A program made the translations under genes and the position numbers. This document shows positions 8,675-19,907 of a stretch of 64,000 nt of DNA, in pieces (position 1 is the stretch's first letter; each line of letters begins with the position of its first letter). Under the pieces are notes generated by a model. It saw only the letters and a program-made list of their open reading frames with translations, had not been told where the DNA came from and ran no database searches. This stretch comes from Actinomycetota bacterium. Lineage in GTDB: Bacteria > Actinomycetota > UBA4738 > HRBIN12. The stretch covers positions 11,553-75,552 of the forward strand of contig DASXTX010000006.1 in the NCBI GenBank assembly GCA_036505195.1, read 5' to 3'.

Positions 8675-10267
8675 TCAGAGCAGGATCAGGCGGAGGTAGA
8701 TGAAGGCGGCGGGGGCGACGAACAACACGGAGTCGATCCGGTCCATCACGCCGCCGTGACCGGGCAGGATCCCGCCCATGTCCTTGATCTCGAGGTCCCG
8801 CTTGAGCAGCGATTCGGCCAGGTCGCCGAGCGGCGCGAACAGCGCGACCACCACAGCCAGGCCCACCGAACGCCCGATCGTGTCGAGCAGCGAGACCGAC
8901 GAGCCCACGACGCCGACGGCGACCGCGATCACGACGAGCGTGGCGCCGATCGCGCCCTCCCACGACTTCTTCGGGCTGATGGTCGGCGCGAGCGGGCGGC
9001 TCCCCCAGAAGTAGCCGACGCCGAACGCCGCCGTGTCGTACACGAACGTGAGCCCGATGATCGAGAGCGTCAAACCCTCGCCGTCGGGAAGCTTCAGGAC
9101 CGCGAGCGCATAGGCGGCAAGCAGGGGGATGTACGCGACCCCGAGCACGGTGATCGCGATGTTCGACACGACGTTGCGGCGATGATGCGCGGGAACGGTC
9201 ATGTACCAGAGGAACGTCGCGAACAGCGAGAGCGCCATGATCGCGAGCATCGCGTTCTCCCCCCGGTAGTACCCGGCGCCCAGGATGAGCGCCCCCGAAA
9301 CCAGGCCGAGCGCCGTCGCCGGCTGGTAGTGCCGCTTCTGCATCGCGAGGTAGAACTCCCCCTGCGCGAACAGCACCACGATGCCGGCGAAGATCGCGAA
9401 CGCCCCCGGCCCGATCTGGATCGCGCCGACCGCCAGAGCCGCGAGCACCAGACCCGTGAGGAACGCCGTCGGGACGTCCCGGCCCGGGCCGGCGCGTTCG
9501 GGTTCGGCGCCGACCTCGATCGCGGTCGGTTCCTGCCAGCTCGGCCCGCCGAAGCCCTCGGCCCCGACGCGGACCGGGCGCGAGGTCTCGGCCTCGTCCG
9601 CCCCGCCCTCCTCGCCGAGGAGCTGGGCGATCGCGACCTCCTCGGTGGGCTGCGGTGCCGGCGCCTCCGGCTCGACCTGCACCTCGTCCCGGACCGACTC
9701 GGCGAAGTGGTCGGCCGCGGCCTCGACGGCCTCGATGTCCGGCGCGTCCTCCAGGTTCCCTGCCACGTTCTCCGGCGCGACCTCCGGGACCACCACCGTC
9801 TCGGTCTCCTCGATCAGCTCGGCCACGCCCGGCTCGTCGCCGGGGAGGTCGACGTACCCTCCCGAGCCGGCCTCGGTGCCCTCGTCGACGTCGTAGCTCT
9901 CCGCCTCGGCCTCGAACAGGAACGAGCCGACCCCGCCCTGCTCCCCCTCGACGTCTGGCTCGACCTCTGGCTCGACCTCTGGCTCGGCCTCGGACGGCGA
10001 CTCCCGGGCCGCGAACGGCTCGTCGCCGCCGGACGGTTCGCGCGCATAGGGCTCGGCAGCCGCCGCCTCCTCGGTTTCGGGGGAACGTTCCTCCGGCTGC
10101 TCCGGTTCCACGGGCGACGGCTCGTCGCGGCCCTCCGTGCCCGACGCCTGTTCCGAACCCTTGCCCTCGGATGACTCCGGCCAGTCGACGTCCTGGATCG
10201 GCGCGAAGAACTTGTCGAGATCCTCGAAGAGGTCCTCGCCCTCGGTCCGGTCCTCGTCCTCCGGCAC
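8675..10267 (-). CDS. cdsA: phosphatidate cytidylyltransferase with ~250-aa acidic N-terminal extension
   Basis: The C-terminal ~280 aa are polytopic with the CdsA signature (SLLKRDLEIKDMGGILPGHGGVMDRIDS). The upstream in-frame region keeps GC3-rich codon usage and starts 3 nt after the frr stop. Whether the extension is translated is unverified. Confidence 0.75.
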   Translation of the reverse strand: MPEDEDRTEGEDLFEDLDKFFAPIQDVDWPESSEGKGSEQASGTEGRDEPSPVEPEQPEERSPETEEAAAAEPYAREPSGGDEPFAARESPSEAEPEVEPEVEPDVEGEQGGVGSFLFEAEAESYDVDEGTEAGSGGYVDLPGDEPGVAELIEETETVVVPEVAPENVAGNLEDAPDIEAVEAAADHFAESVRDEVQVEPEAPAPQPTEEVAIAQLLGEEGGADEAETSRPVRVGAEGFGGPSWQEPTAIEVGAEPERAGPGRDVPTAFLTGLVLAALAVGAIQIGPGAFAIFAGIVVLFAQGEFYLAMQKRHYQPATALGLVSGALILGAGYYRGENAMLAIMALSLFATFLWYMTVPAHHRRNVVSNIAITVLGVAYIPLLAAYALAVLKLPDGEGLTLSIIGLTFVYDTAAFGVGYFWGSRPLAPTISPKKSWEGAIGATLVVIAVAVGVVGSSVSLLDTIGRSVGLAVVVALFAPLGDLAESLLKRDLEIKDMGGILPGHGGVMDRIDSVLFVAPAAFIYLRLILL

Positions 10268-10269
10268 GC

Positions 10270-10830
10270 TCAGATCTCCTTGAGCTCGGCATCCTTGTGG
10301 GCCACGACCTCGTCGATGTCCGAGATGTGCTTGTCGGTGAGCTTCTGGAGCTCCTTCTCGGAGCGCACGAGGTCATCTTCCGAGATGCCACCCTCTCGCT
10401 CAAGTTTCTCGAGCTCCTCCTTCGAGTGCCGCCGGATGTTCCGAACGGCAACCCTGCCCTCCTCACCGCGGTGATGGACCAGCTTGATCAGCTCCTTCCG
10501 GCGCTCCTCGGTCAGGGGCGGGAAGCTCAGCCGGATCACGGTGCCGTCGTTGCCCGGGGTGATCCCCAGGTCGCTCGCCATGATGGCCTTCTCCATCGTG
10601 GCGATCGCGTTCCGGTCGAACGGCGAGATCACCAGGGTCCGCGGTTCGGGCACCGAGAACGACGCCAGCTGCTGGATCGGCACCGGCGTGCCGTAGTAGT
10701 CCACGACCACCCGTTGCAGCAACGCGGGGGTCGCGCGTCCCGTCCGGACCCCGGAGAGCTCGTCCTTCAGCACCGCGATGGCCTTGTCCATCTTCTCGGT
10801 GGCCGCCTTCAGCGCGGAGTCGATCGTCAT
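10270..10830 (-). CDS. frr: ribosome recycling factor
   Basis: 186-aa Frr-like sequence ([25 protein letters not shown]). ATG 10830 overlaps the pyrH stop (ATGA). Confidence 0.9.
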   Translation of the reverse strand: MTIDSALKAATEKMDKAIAVLKDELSGVRTGRATPALLQRVVVDYYGTPVPIQQLASFSVPEPRTLVISPFDRNAIATMEKAIMASDLGITPGNDGTVIRLSFPPLTEERRKELIKLVHHRGEEGRVAVRNIRRHSKEELEKLEREGGISEDDLVRSEKELQKLTDKHISDIDEVVAHKDAELKEI

Positions 10831-11576
10831 CGAACAGCACCGTGCACCAGCGTCCCGATCGGCTCGCCGGACACCGCTCGGCGGATGTTCCCCTCCGATC
10901 GGAAATCGAACACGATGATCGGCAGGCCGTTCTCCATGCACAGGCTGATCGCCGTGGCGTCCATGACCTGGTATCCCTCGCGGAGCACGTCGAGGTACTC
11001 GATCGTCTCGAACCGCTCCGCGGTGGGGTCCACGTGCGGGTCTGCGGTATACACCCCGTCGACCTTCGTCCCCTTCAGGATCGCCTGCGCACCGATCTCG
11101 AGCGCGCGTTGGGCGGCGGTTGTGTCCGTAGAGAAGTACGGCGCGCCGATCCCGGCGGCAAACACGACGACCCGACCCTTCTCAAGATGCCTGATCGCGC
11201 GGAGCGGGATGTAGGGCTCCGCGATCTGCGCCATGTGGATCGCCGTCTGGACCCGCGTCGGTACATGGATCTTCTCGAGCGCGTCCTGCAGCGCGAGGGC
11301 GTTCATCACGGTGGCGAGCATGCCCATGTAGTCCGCGCGGGAGCGATCGATGCCCGGCGCCTGGCGCCCGCGGAAGATGTTGCCGCCGCCGACGACGACG
11401 GCGCACTGCACCCCGAGGTCGACCACGTCTGCGAGCTCGCGGGCGAGCAGGCCCGTGGACTCCGTCGAGATGCCGTAGCCCGTATCCATCGGGGCGAAGG
11501 CGTCCCCCGAGAGTTTGAGCAGCACACGATGGTAGACCGGCCGGACCGCCTCCTGCGCGTCTTCCTGTTCCGGCAT
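10827..11576 (-). CDS. pyrH: UMP kinase
   Basis: Amino-acid kinase fold motifs ([36 protein letters not shown]). Confidence 0.9.
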   Translation of the reverse strand: MPEQEDAQEAVRPVYHRVLLKLSGDAFAPMDTGYGISTESTGLLARELADVVDLGVQCAVVVGGGNIFRGRQAPGIDRSRADYMGMLATVMNALALQDALEKIHVPTRVQTAIHMAQIAEPYIPLRAIRHLEKGRVVVFAAGIGAPYFSTDTTAAQRALEIGAQAILKGTKVDGVYTADPHVDPTAERFETIEYLDVLREGYQVMDATAISLCMENGLPIIVFDFRSEGNIRRAVSGEPIGTLVHGAVR

Positions 11577-11586
11577 GACGCCCACC

Positions 11587-12195
11587 CTACCCGGTCTCCT
11601 CGCCGAGCCGATACCGAACGAACCGGCGCACGGCCACCTTCTCCCCGACCTTGGACGACATCTCGTCGAGGAGCTGCTGGATCGTCTTCGAGTCGTCCTT
11701 CACGTACGGCTGGTCGAGCAGGACCGTCTCTGCGTAGAACGTCTTCAGCTTGCCCTCGACGATCTTGGGGACCACGTCGTCGGGCTTGCCCATCTCCCGG
11801 GCCTGCGCCTCGAAGATGCGTCGCTCGGACGCGAGCTCGTCCGGGGCGACGTCCTCGCGGCTGACGTACCTCGGCGCCGAGGGGCTCGCGATGTGGAGCG
11901 CCAGGTCCTTGGCGAGCTGCTTGAACTCGTCCGTGTTGGCGACGAAGTCCGTCTCGCAGTTGACCTCCACCATCGCACCGACGGTGTTGTTGAAGTGGAT
12001 GTAGGCCTCGATGAGCCCCTGGTTCGCCGAGCGACTCGCCCGACCGGCCGCGGACGCGAGCCCCTTCGTCCGCAGGATCTCCTCCGCCTTGTCGAGATCG
12101 CCGTCCGCCTCCTGGAGCGCCTTCTTGCACTCCATCATGCCGGCCCCGGTGCGATCGCGGAGCTCCTTCACCATCCGCGCGTTGATCTCCGCCAT
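11587..12195 (-). CDS. tsf: elongation factor Ts (short ~200-aa form)
   Basis: N-terminal UBA-like motif [19 protein letters not shown], in the conserved position between rpsB and pyrH. Confidence 0.9.
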   Translation of the reverse strand: MAEINARMVKELRDRTGAGMMECKKALQEADGDLDKAEEILRTKGLASAAGRASRSANQGLIEAYIHFNNTVGAMVEVNCETDFVANTDEFKQLAKDLALHIASPSAPRYVSREDVAPDELASERRIFEAQAREMGKPDDVVPKIVEGKLKTFYAETVLLDQPYVKDDSKTIQQLLDEMSSKVGEKVAVRRFVRYRLGEETG

Positions 12196-12200
12196 CCGCG

Positions 12201-13088
12201 TCAGCCTTCCTTCGGCTCGGCCTCGGAGCCCGGGACCGAATCGGGGACGATCGGCTCGGGCTCCGCGGCGGCCTCGGCGGCCGGAGCGGCCTCGGGGGCC
12301 GGGGCGGGATCGGGTGTCGGAGCGGGCGCGGCCGTCGGCTTCGGGGCCGGGGCGGGCTCCGGCTCGATCTCGGGACCGGTCGCGCGCGTCACGACGGCCT
12401 CGCGGCCCTCTTGCCGTCCCTCGGCGAGGGCATCCGCGATCAGACGGGTGACGAGCGAGACCGATCGGATCGCGTCGTCGTTGCCCGGGATCACGAAGTC
12501 CACCTCGTCCGGGTCACAGTTCGTGTCCACGATCGCGATGACCGCGATGCCGAGTTTGCGCGCCTCGTTGACCGCGATGTGCTCCTTCTTGGTGTCGATC
12601 ACGAAGATCGCGTCGGGGAGCCGTTCGAGGCTTTGCATGCCGCCGAGGTTGCGCTCGAGCTTCTCCTTCTCGTGGCGCAGGCGGATCGCCTCCCGCTTGG
12701 GGAGGAAGTCGAACGCGCCGGTACGTTCCATCTCGCGTAGCTCGCGCAGACGGAGCAGGCGACGCGACACCGTTTGGAAGTTCGTGAGCATCCCGCCGAG
12801 CCAGCGGGTCGTGACGAACGGCATCGCGACGCGTGCGGCGTGCTCGGAGATGACCTCCTGCGCCTGCTTCTTCGTTCCGACGAACAGGATCACCCCGCCG
12901 CGGCGGCCGAGATCCCTCGCGTAGGCGTAGGCCTCCTCGAGTCCCGACAGGGTCTTCTCGAGGTCGATGATGTAGATCCCGGAGCGTTCCCCGTACAGGT
13001 ACCGGCCCATCTTCGGGTTCCAGCGTCTTGTCTGGTGCCCGAAGTGCACCCCTGCCTCGAGGAGCTCCCGCCTGGTGACGACAGGCAT
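12201..13088 (-). CDS. rpsB: 30S ribosomal protein S2 with Pro/Ala/Glu-rich C-terminal tail
   Basis: [25 protein letters not shown] and following S2 sequence. GGAAGGAGGG SD precedes ATG 13088. The last ~60 aa are low complexity. Confidence 0.92.
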   Translation of the reverse strand: MPVVTRRELLEAGVHFGHQTRRWNPKMGRYLYGERSGIYIIDLEKTLSGLEEAYAYARDLGRRGGVILFVGTKKQAQEVISEHAARVAMPFVTTRWLGGMLTNFQTVSRRLLRLRELREMERTGAFDFLPKREAIRLRHEKEKLERNLGGMQSLERLPDAIFVIDTKKEHIAVNEARKLGIAVIAIVDTNCDPDEVDFVIPGNDDAIRSVSLVTRLIADALAEGRQEGREAVVTRATGPEIEPEPAPAPKPTAAPAPTPDPAPAPEAAPAAEAAAEPEPIVPDSVPGSEAEPKEG

Positions 13089-13150
13089 GGTGCCCTCCTT
13101 CCGGTTGTCCCTCCGCCCGGTTCTGCGCGCCTGCGGCCCGGCTTCGTGTG

Positions 13151-13190
13151 AGGGGTTGCCGCTCGCGCTTCGCGCTCGCTGCTTGACCCC
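13151..13190. repeat. REP-like repeat, diverged copy C (rpsB 5' leader)
   Basis: GGGGTTGCCGCTCGCGCTTCGCGCTCGCTGCTTGACCCC aligns with the 3881/40358 elements in the same orientation. Confidence 0.6.
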
Positions 13191-13300
13191 TGACCCGGCC
13201 GGGACCCCGCGGACGATCCCCGGACGTGTGAGCTCGGCGTCGAGACGCCGGCGAACGCGCAGTCTACCAGCGGCGTTGTCGCGGGCCGCCGTTTCCCGGT

Positions 13301-14296
13301 TCAGCGCCGGCCGGAGGGGTGTCGGGAGGGCTGCCGCTGCGGAGCCCTGCGGCGCTGCACCGGTTGCTCGGGGACGGAGGGCTCGGCGACGATCCAGCGG
13401 TAGGCGAGCCCGCCCATGAAGCCCAGATGGAGCACGCTCGCGGCCAGCACGAAGACCCAGCCGAAGAAAGTCGGGTTCGCCGTGACCTCTCCCCCACCCG
13501 GGGCCAGGCCGACGACCACGGGCAGCGCGATGAAGAAGTACAGGCCGCAGAACAGGAGGTGCCGGCTCCCCGGCAGCATCGCGGCCCTTCCCGAACGCCG
13601 GATCGTCTCGACCACGCCTCGGCGTTGTCGGACGGCGGCCGTCGGCGCGAAACCGAGGAAGAACAGGCCACCCACGAGCGACCCGACGGCGGCGAGCAGC
13701 CCGATCCCGGGGCCCAGGACCGGGAAGATGATGTTGCTGGCCAGGATCAGCGTGAACGAGAGCACCTGGACGACGATCACGGTCGGGATCGCCGCGACGC
13801 CTCGGAGCAGGCCCCAGGAGCTCACGCGACCGTCCTCCAGCGACTCGACGATCATCCCGGCCAGCAGGCCGTAGAGCACGCCCCGGATCAGGATCGCCAC
13901 GCCGGTGAAGATCAGGAACGACGGTCCGAGGCCCAGCAGGCTCTGGCCCGTCCCGAGATCGAAGTACGTCGCGATCGGTGGCAGTGCGAGGACGTCGACC
14001 AGCAGAGCGGGTCGGCCCTCGAACCCGAGCGCGTACAGGGCGAGCCACGCGAGGAGCGGTACGAGGATCGCGATCGCCAGCAGGACGGGCGAGGACACGA
14101 TGGCGAGCAGGCCCCGACCGAGCGAGCGCCCGATCGGCGGCATCACCGACCCACCGCTCTGACCGAAGAGCGCGCCGCCGAACCCGCGACGCGGTTCGGC
14201 CGGTGCCTCGGCCGACTCGACCGCGGTCTCGGTGGGTACGGCCTCCACAGGTGCCGGCCGCGGCCGCGCCTGGCGCCGTCGCCTCTTCCCGCTCAC
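13301..14296 (-). CDS. polytopic membrane protein, unknown function
   Basis: At least 6 hydrophobic segments. GTG 14296 overlaps the stop of the upstream beta-propeller gene (GTGA). An internal ATG (MPPIGRS) is an alternative start. Confidence 0.6.
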   Translation of the reverse strand: MSGKRRRRQARPRPAPVEAVPTETAVESAEAPAEPRRGFGGALFGQSGGSVMPPIGRSLGRGLLAIVSSPVLLAIAILVPLLAWLALYALGFEGRPALLVDVLALPPIATYFDLGTGQSLLGLGPSFLIFTGVAILIRGVLYGLLAGMIVESLEDGRVSSWGLLRGVAAIPTVIVVQVLSFTLILASNIIFPVLGPGIGLLAAVGSLVGGLFFLGFAPTAAVRQRRGVVETIRRSGRAAMLPGSRHLLFCGLYFFIALPVVVGLAPGGGEVTANPTFFGWVFVLAASVLHLGFMGGLAYRWIVAEPSVPEQPVQRRRAPQRQPSRHPSGRR

Positions 14297-15846
14297 GGCC
14301 CCTCCCCTGGTTCCGAGGCCCGATCTGAACCGTCGTCGCCGGGGTCGCCGTCGGCGACCACCCCGAAGCGCCGCGTGGCCCAGATGCCCGGGATGAACGC
14401 GACCGCGAAGACGATCACCGCCGCGAGCGCCCATCGCGTCAGCGTGGTCCCGCCCTCGAGCTGCGTCGGCGACGGGACGTCGACCAGCGCACCCTGCGGG
14501 TCGTGTTCGAACGCGATCAGCCCGGCGTCGCGACCACCCTTCACCGCGATGACCGCGTCGCTCGAGAGCGCGATCGTCCCGATCAGCCCCGGAGACGGCG
14601 CGCTCTCCCAGACGAGATGTCCCGACGCCACGTCGACCGCGACCAGGCGGCCGTCGCCGAGCCCCAGCAGGACCGAGGATCCGGACACGACCGGCGAGCT
14701 GCGCAGCACCACCTCGTTCAGCTGGTAGCTCCATCGGCGCCCGCCGTCCGCCCCATCCAGCCGATACAGACCCCCGGCGATATCCGCCGCGAAGACGCCG
14801 TCGTCGTCGAACGCGAGCGAGCTCGCCGGGGAGAACAGCGAGAGCGCCAGCGTCGCCCACCGCTCGGTCCCGTTCTCGGTGTCGAGCGCCCGCACGCGCC
14901 GGTCGGCCGACCCGATGAACAGGGAACCGCCGCCGGCCGAGGGCGCTGTGCCGGCCGTGGAGTTCGTCTGGATGGCCTGCGCCGGCCACGAGCGCTCCCC
15001 CGTCGACTCGTCGAACGCCGCGACGACGACCTGCGCCGTGTCGGTGTTCCGGGCGACCGCGACCACCTGTCCGTCGGCGACCGCGACCGCCGAATCGACG
15101 CGCCCTTCCATCTCCGCAGACCACGTGATCGTGCCGCTCTCGAGTGAGACGGCGTACACCGTCCCGTCCTGGTCGCCCACGAACGCGTTCGTGCCCTCGA
15201 TCGTGACCCCGCTCCGCGAGGTCGCGCCCAACGACGTCCGCCAGAGCTCGGTCCGGTCGGCGAGGGAGACCGCGACGAGCGTGGAGACGTCGGGCAGCTC
15301 GTCCGGTCCGGTGGGAGACGGGCCGGGCCCTGTCGTCGAAGGCGAACCGCTCGCCTCGGCGCTCGGGCTCGGGCTCGGCGAGCCCTCCGATGCTCCGCCT
15401 GCATCGTTCGGACCAGGCCCATCGAGGAAGACGAGGATCCGCCCCCGGGGGCCTGCGCCGATCGCCGGGATCGACAGGGGCCCCCCGTCCCGAGGCACCC
15501 GCCACTCGATGGTGCCCGACGTGACGTCGATCGCGTAGACGGCCTCGTTCCCGACCGACACGGCAAGGTCGCCTGCGACCACGGCGCCCGACAGCGCGTC
15601 GCCCGTGGGCGCCGGCAGGGTCCATCGGACGCGGTATGGGGGTTCCGGGCCGTCGGCCAGCACCCCGGGGTGACCAGCTCCGCCCTGGAACTGCGACCAG
15701 GTGGGCGCCTCCTGCGCGACCGCCGCGCCCGACAGGAGCACGAGCGGTGCGGTCGCGACCGCCGCCGCGGCGGCGAGACGGACGGCGCGCGACGATCGGT
15801 CACGGCGCATCGGGAACAGGTGGGCTCTCCTCTGACGGGGGCGCAC
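14293..15846 (-). CDS. secreted PQQ-like beta-propeller repeat protein with C-terminal TM anchor
   Basis: Signal peptide ([20 protein letters not shown]), repeated 'G.vyAvd..tG...W' blades, and terminal helix [18 protein letters not shown]. Alternative start at ATG 15810. Confidence 0.75.
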   Translation of the reverse strand: MRPRQRRAHLFPMRRDRSSRAVRLAAAAAVATAPLVLLSGAAVAQEAPTWSQFQGGAGHPGVLADGPEPPYRVRWTLPAPTGDALSGAVVAGDLAVSVGNEAVYAIDVTSGTIEWRVPRDGGPLSIPAIGAGPRGRILVFLDGPGPNDAGGASEGSPSPSPSAEASGSPSTTGPGPSPTGPDELPDVSTLVAVSLADRTELWRTSLGATSRSGVTIEGTNAFVGDQDGTVYAVSLESGTITWSAEMEGRVDSAVAVADGQVVAVARNTDTAQVVVAAFDESTGERSWPAQAIQTNSTAGTAPSAGGGSLFIGSADRRVRALDTENGTERWATLALSLFSPASSLAFDDDGVFAADIAGGLYRLDGADGGRRWSYQLNEVVLRSSPVVSGSSVLLGLGDGRLVAVDVASGHLVWESAPSPGLIGTIALSSDAVIAVKGGRDAGLIAFEHDPQGALVDVPSPTQLEGGTTLTRWALAAVIVFAVAFIPGIWATRRFGVVADGDPGDDGSDRASEPGEGP

Positions 15847-15904
15847 ATGCTAGCCGCAGTCACCTTCCCGCGACCCGATGCTCTACGTGCCGACGCGGGC
15901 GGGG

Positions 15905-16453
15905 TCAGCTCGAGATCGGCACGAGCCGTATCAGGTCCTGTACGCCGAGAGGGGCCAGGAGCAGGAGCGGGTCCACGTACTCCCCGTCGAGCTTCGCGCC
16001 GAAGTGCAGGTGCGGGACGCTCGCACCCAGCGGTCCGGTTCCGGTGGTCCCGATCGGTTGCCCCCTCGAGACGACATCACCCTTGCGGACCGTCGTCGAC
16101 AAGATCCAGGAGTACGTGCTCGAGAGCCCGCCACCGTGGACGATCGTGACGAACAAATCCCCGCCCACCCGACCGGCGAACGAGACCGTCCCCGCCTCGG
16201 GGGCGAGGATCGGCGTCCTGGGCGCGACCGCGATGTCGATCCCACGGTGGCCGGCCCCGAACGGTGTGTCGGGCGGGTCGAACCCCCGGATCACCGGTCC
16301 CTGCACCGGCCAGGCCCACGTCCCGACCGGCAGCGCCGCGACGAACCCGATGCGGTCGGTCCCGGAGCCGGTCGACGACGGTCCAACCGAGGCCGACGAC
16401 GGACCCGTGAGGGTCACCATCAGCAGTGAGAAGACCAGCGCCCGGAACGCCAC
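15905..16453 (-). CDS. M23 family metallopeptidase (secreted)
   Basis: HRGIDIAV and HLHFGAKLDGEYVDPL motifs with an N-terminal signal sequence. Confidence 0.85.
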   Translation of the reverse strand: MAFRALVFSLLMVTLTGPSSASVGPSSTGSGTDRIGFVAALPVGTWAWPVQGPVIRGFDPPDTPFGAGHRGIDIAVAPRTPILAPEAGTVSFAGRVGGDLFVTIVHGGGLSSTYSWILSTTVRKGDVVSRGQPIGTTGTGPLGASVPHLHFGAKLDGEYVDPLLLLAPLGVQDLIRLVPISS

Positions 16454-16541
16454 GTGGTTCTCCGATCGACGAGCGAGCGACGATCCTAGGGGAGTGAACG
16501 GACGGGAACCGTGACGCGGTTCACATGTCGTGGCGATCGGT

Positions 16542-17495
16542 TCATTCGGTCTCGACGAGCTGCAGTCGGAGCTGACCGACCGCCTTCGTGTGGATCTGGC
16601 AGACCCGCGATTCCGTCACGCCGAGGATGTCGCCGATCTCGGCGAGGGTGAGGCCCTCGAAGTAGTACAGGGTGACCACGATCTTCTCGCGTTCGGACAG
16701 CGAGTTGATCGCCGCCGCGAGCAGTCCGCGCGTCTCCTCGCCCTCGAGCGCCGTTGTCGGGTCGGTCCCGCGGTCGGCCAGCGTGTCCAACAGCGACACC
16801 TGTTCGCCGCGATCGCTCCCGACGCTCAGGATCTCGTCGAGCTGGAGCACCTGCACGAACGAGATCTGGTTGATGACCTCGTGGAGCTCGCGCAGCGTCA
16901 CGCCGAGACGCGCGGCCACCTCCTTCTCGGTCGGGCCGCGCTTGTGGATCGACTCGAGGTCCGAGTACGCCTTCTCGATCTCGCGCGCCTTGAACCGGAC
17001 GGATCTCGGCACCCAGTCCATCGCGCGGAGCTCGTCGATGATCGCGCCCTTGATCCTCGGGATCGCGTAGGTCTCGAACTTGTTGCCGCGGCCGGGGTCG
17101 AACTTCTCGAGGGCGTCGATCAGCCCGAACATCCCGTACGAGACGAGGTCGGCCTGATCCACGCTCGCGGGAAGGCCGGTCGCCACGCGGCTCGCGACGT
17201 ACTTCACCAACGGGGCGTAGTGCAGGATGAGGCGTTCGCGAGCGCCCTCGCGAGCGCCTGAGACCTCGTTCTGCTTGAACTCCTCCCACAGCCGGGCGAG
17301 CTCGTTGAGCTCGTCGGGCGACGCGGGCTGGCGGGTGGAGACCCTCGACGACGACGCCACCCTGACCGGGCCGGACCGCGTCGCGGGCCGGTCGTTCTTG
17401 GCGGCCTTCATCGTCTTGGCGGCCTTGTCGGTCTTCTTCGGCTTCGACGACTCCACCGGGGTCTTGGCCTTCTCGGCTTTGGGCGCTCGAGGCAT
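16542..17495 (-). CDS. whiG: sigma-28 family (WhiG/FliA-type) RNA polymerase sigma factor
   Basis: Regions 2-4 are present ([49 protein letters not shown]). There is a Lys-rich ~70-aa N-terminal extension. ATG overlaps the xerC stop (TGATG). The position matches Streptomyces whiG synteny. Confidence 0.8.
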   Translation of the reverse strand: MPRAPKAEKAKTPVESSKPKKTDKAAKTMKAAKNDRPATRSGPVRVASSSRVSTRQPASPDELNELARLWEEFKQNEVSGAREGARERLILHYAPLVKYVASRVATGLPASVDQADLVSYGMFGLIDALEKFDPGRGNKFETYAIPRIKGAIIDELRAMDWVPRSVRFKAREIEKAYSDLESIHKRGPTEKEVAARLGVTLRELHEVINQISFVQVLQLDEILSVGSDRGEQVSLLDTLADRGTDPTTALEGEETRGLLAAAINSLSEREKIVVTLYYFEGLTLAEIGDILGVTESRVCQIHTKAVGQLRLQLVETE

Positions 17496-18421
17496 CAGGC
17501 CCTCGGGTGGCTCTGCTCGTAGGCCTCGAACAGGCGTGCGCGACTCACGTGGGTGTACCGCTGGGTCGTGGCCACGCTCGCGTGGCCGAGCATCTCCTGG
17601 ACCGACCTGATGTCCGCTCCTCCCTCGAGCAGGTGCGTGGCGAACGAGTGTCGCAGGGTGTGCGGCGTCACCCGCCGGCCCGAAAGGGCTGCGCCCGCGT
17701 ATCGTCCCACAAGCCGTCGGATGTCGCGTGGGCCGATCGGCCGACCCCTGCGGTTCATGAACAGCTCGTCGTCCCTGCCGGCGCCGAGGACGCCGCGCAC
17801 CGCGAGCCAGGCGGCGACCGCCTCCCGCGCGAGGTCGCCGAGCGGCACCTCGCGCTCCTTGTCGCCCTTGCCGACCACCGTCACCCGGCCGCGTTCGAGA
17901 TCGACGCGGTCGGTCGTGAGGCCGGCGACCTCGCTCACCCGCAGCCCCGACGCGTACATCAGCTCGAGGATCGCCCGGTCCCGCAGCGCCACCGCCGCGT
18001 CGACGTCGCTCGCGTCCGCGGTCACGACGGGCGCCTCGACGAGGGCCGCGGCCTCCGGCACGCGCAGGACCACCGGGAGGCGGTTCACGACCTTCGGGCG
18101 GCCGAGGAGCGCCGCCGGATCCTCGGCGACGACCTCGTGCGAGACCGCCCACCGGTAGAACGTGTGGATCGCGCCGACGCGTCGCGCGATCGACGCGCGC
18201 GCATACCCGAGGCTCGTGAGCTGGGCGAGGAACCTCCGCAGGTCGTCGATCCCCGCCCCGGGCAGGTCCCGCCGGTTGCGGCGCAGGAACGCGGCCAGCT
18301 GCGACAGGTCTCGGCGGTAGGCGTCCACGGTCGAGTGAGCCAGGTGGCGTTCGAGCGCGAGGTGATCCGCGAACCCGTCGATCAGGGCAACGTCGGACTG
18401 AGCAAGGTCGCGGGCGGGCAT
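17495..18421 (-). CDS. xerC: tyrosine recombinase XerC
   Basis: Catalytic-domain motifs ([39 protein letters not shown]). GGAGGA SD precedes ATG 18421. Confidence 0.88.
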   Translation of the reverse strand: MPARDLAQSDVALIDGFADHLALERHLAHSTVDAYRRDLSQLAAFLRRNRRDLPGAGIDDLRRFLAQLTSLGYARASIARRVGAIHTFYRWAVSHEVVAEDPAALLGRPKVVNRLPVVLRVPEAAALVEAPVVTADASDVDAAVALRDRAILELMYASGLRVSEVAGLTTDRVDLERGRVTVVGKGDKEREVPLGDLAREAVAAWLAVRGVLGAGRDDELFMNRRGRPIGPRDIRRLVGRYAGAALSGRRVTPHTLRHSFATHLLEGGADIRSVQEMLGHASVATTQRYTHVSRARLFEAYEQSHPRA

Positions 18422-18521
18422 GGTCCTCCGGGCTCGGCGGTCCCCCTTGTACCAATCGAGGTCGGCCCGTTCAAGCAGCGGACCCTGATCGGCGTCCGTC
18501 CGTGCGCGAACCGGTCGTAGG

Positions 18522-19907
18522 ATGCGGGCGATGGAGCTCGACGTCCTGGTCACCGAGGGGCTCGGGGACTCGAGCTACGTCCTTACCCGGGGTGACGAGG
18601 CTGCGGTCGTCGATCCTCAGCGCGACGTCGAACGGTTCGTCGACGCTGCCCGTGCCCACGGAGCAACCATCCGGCGCGTCGTCGAGACCCACGTCCACAA
18701 CGACTACGTCTCGGGCGCGCTGGAACTCCGCGCGGCGACCGGCGCCGAGATCTGGGGCCCGGCCGAGGCGGGTTATGGGTTCGGGTACCGACCGGTGGAG
18801 GACGGCACCGAGATCCCGTTCGGCGATGCAACCCTCCGCGGTCTCTCGACCCCCGGCCATACGCCCGAACATCTCGCCTACCTCGTGCGCGACGGCCCGG
18901 AACGGGTCGCGCTGTTCTCCGGCGGGAGCCTCATGGTCGGCGGCGCGGGGCGGACCGACCTGCTCGGTCCCAAGCGGACGGACGAGCTCACGCGGCTGCA
19001 GTTCCGTTCGATGCGGCGGCTCGCGGACCTGCCCGACGGGGTCCGGGTGCTCCCCACCCACGGCGCGGGGAGCTTCTGCGCCGTCGGGTCCCCGGGCGAA
19101 CGGCGGACGTCGACGATCGCCGAGGAGCGCGCCACCAACCTCTCGTTCACGGAGACCGACGAGGAGGCCTTCGTGCGACGACAGCTGACGGGCCTGATGG
19201 CGTTCCCCGACTACTACGCGGACATGGCGCCCATCAACCGAGCCGGACCGCCCGTGCTCGGGGCACCGCCGCGACCCCGGGCGATGACCGCCGACCAGGT
19301 GGCGGACGCGCTCGCCGCGGGTGCCCGGCTGGTGGACGTTCGCGACGGGGCGGCGTTCGCCGAGCGACACGTCGCGGGGTCCCTGAACGTCCCGCTCGAG
19401 CCGTCGTTCCCCTCCTACGTCGGTTGGCTGCTGCCCTTCGCGACACCGGTGGTGCTGTCCGTAGCAGATGACGAGAGGGACGACGATGCGCTCGATGAGG
19501 CATCCCTACAGCTGCGACGCATCGGCTGGGACGCGGTCCTCGGCCACCTCGAGGGCGGCATCGATACCTGGACCGCGTCGGGTCGCGCGACGCGTTCGTT
19601 CCCGATCCTGCGGCTGGAGCAGCTGCTCGACGAGCTCGCCGCGGGCGAGGCCGGCGAGATCCTCGACGTTCGGCAGACCACGGAGTGGGACGCGGGCCAC
19701 CTCGAGGGTTCGCGGCACGTGTTCGTCGGGGACCTGCCCGAACGTCTCGACGGATTCGACCCCTCGGAGCGGCAGACGGTGATCTGCGCGAGCGGCTACC
19801 GCTCGTCGATGGCCGCGAGCCTGCTCGACGGCGCGGGCGTCCCGGTGCGGCTCGTGGCGCGGTCGGGCGTTCCCCGGGCGCTCCGCTCGCTCGCCGCATC
19901 CCGATGA
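18522..19907 (+). CDS. MBL-fold hydrolase fused to two rhodanese-like domains
   Basis: N-terminal metallo-beta-lactamase motif ([15 protein letters not shown]). The C-terminal half has two rhodanese-like segments, the second with ICASGYRS. Confidence 0.75.
   Translation: MRAMELDVLVTEGLGDSSYVLTRGDEAAVVDPQRDVERFVDAARAHGATIRRVVETHVHNDYVSGALELRAATGAEIWGPAEAGYGFGYRPVEDGTEIPFGDATLRGLSTPGHTPEHLAYLVRDGPERVALFSGGSLMVGGAGRTDLLGPKRTDELTRLQFRSMRRLADLPDGVRVLPTHGAGSFCAVGSPGERRTSTIAEERATNLSFTETDEEAFVRRQLTGLMAFPDYYADMAPINRAGPPVLGAPPRPRAMTADQVADALAAGARLVDVRDGAAFAERHVAGSLNVPLEPSFPSYVGWLLPFATPVVLSVADDERDDDALDEASLQLRRIGWDAVLGHLEGGIDTWTASGRATRSFPILRLEQLLDELAAGEAGEILDVRQTTEWDAGHLEGSRHVFVGDLPERLDGFDPSERQTVICASGYRSSMAASLLDGAGVPVRLVARSGVPRALRSLAASR

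Noticed and set aside
8592-11214. Long Arg/Pro/Gly-rich ORFs (8592-10466 minus, 9655-11214 plus, 8663-10174 plus).
   Set aside because: They are alternative frames or strands of cdsA, frr and pyrH. They have no motifs and an extreme Arg/Pro composition.
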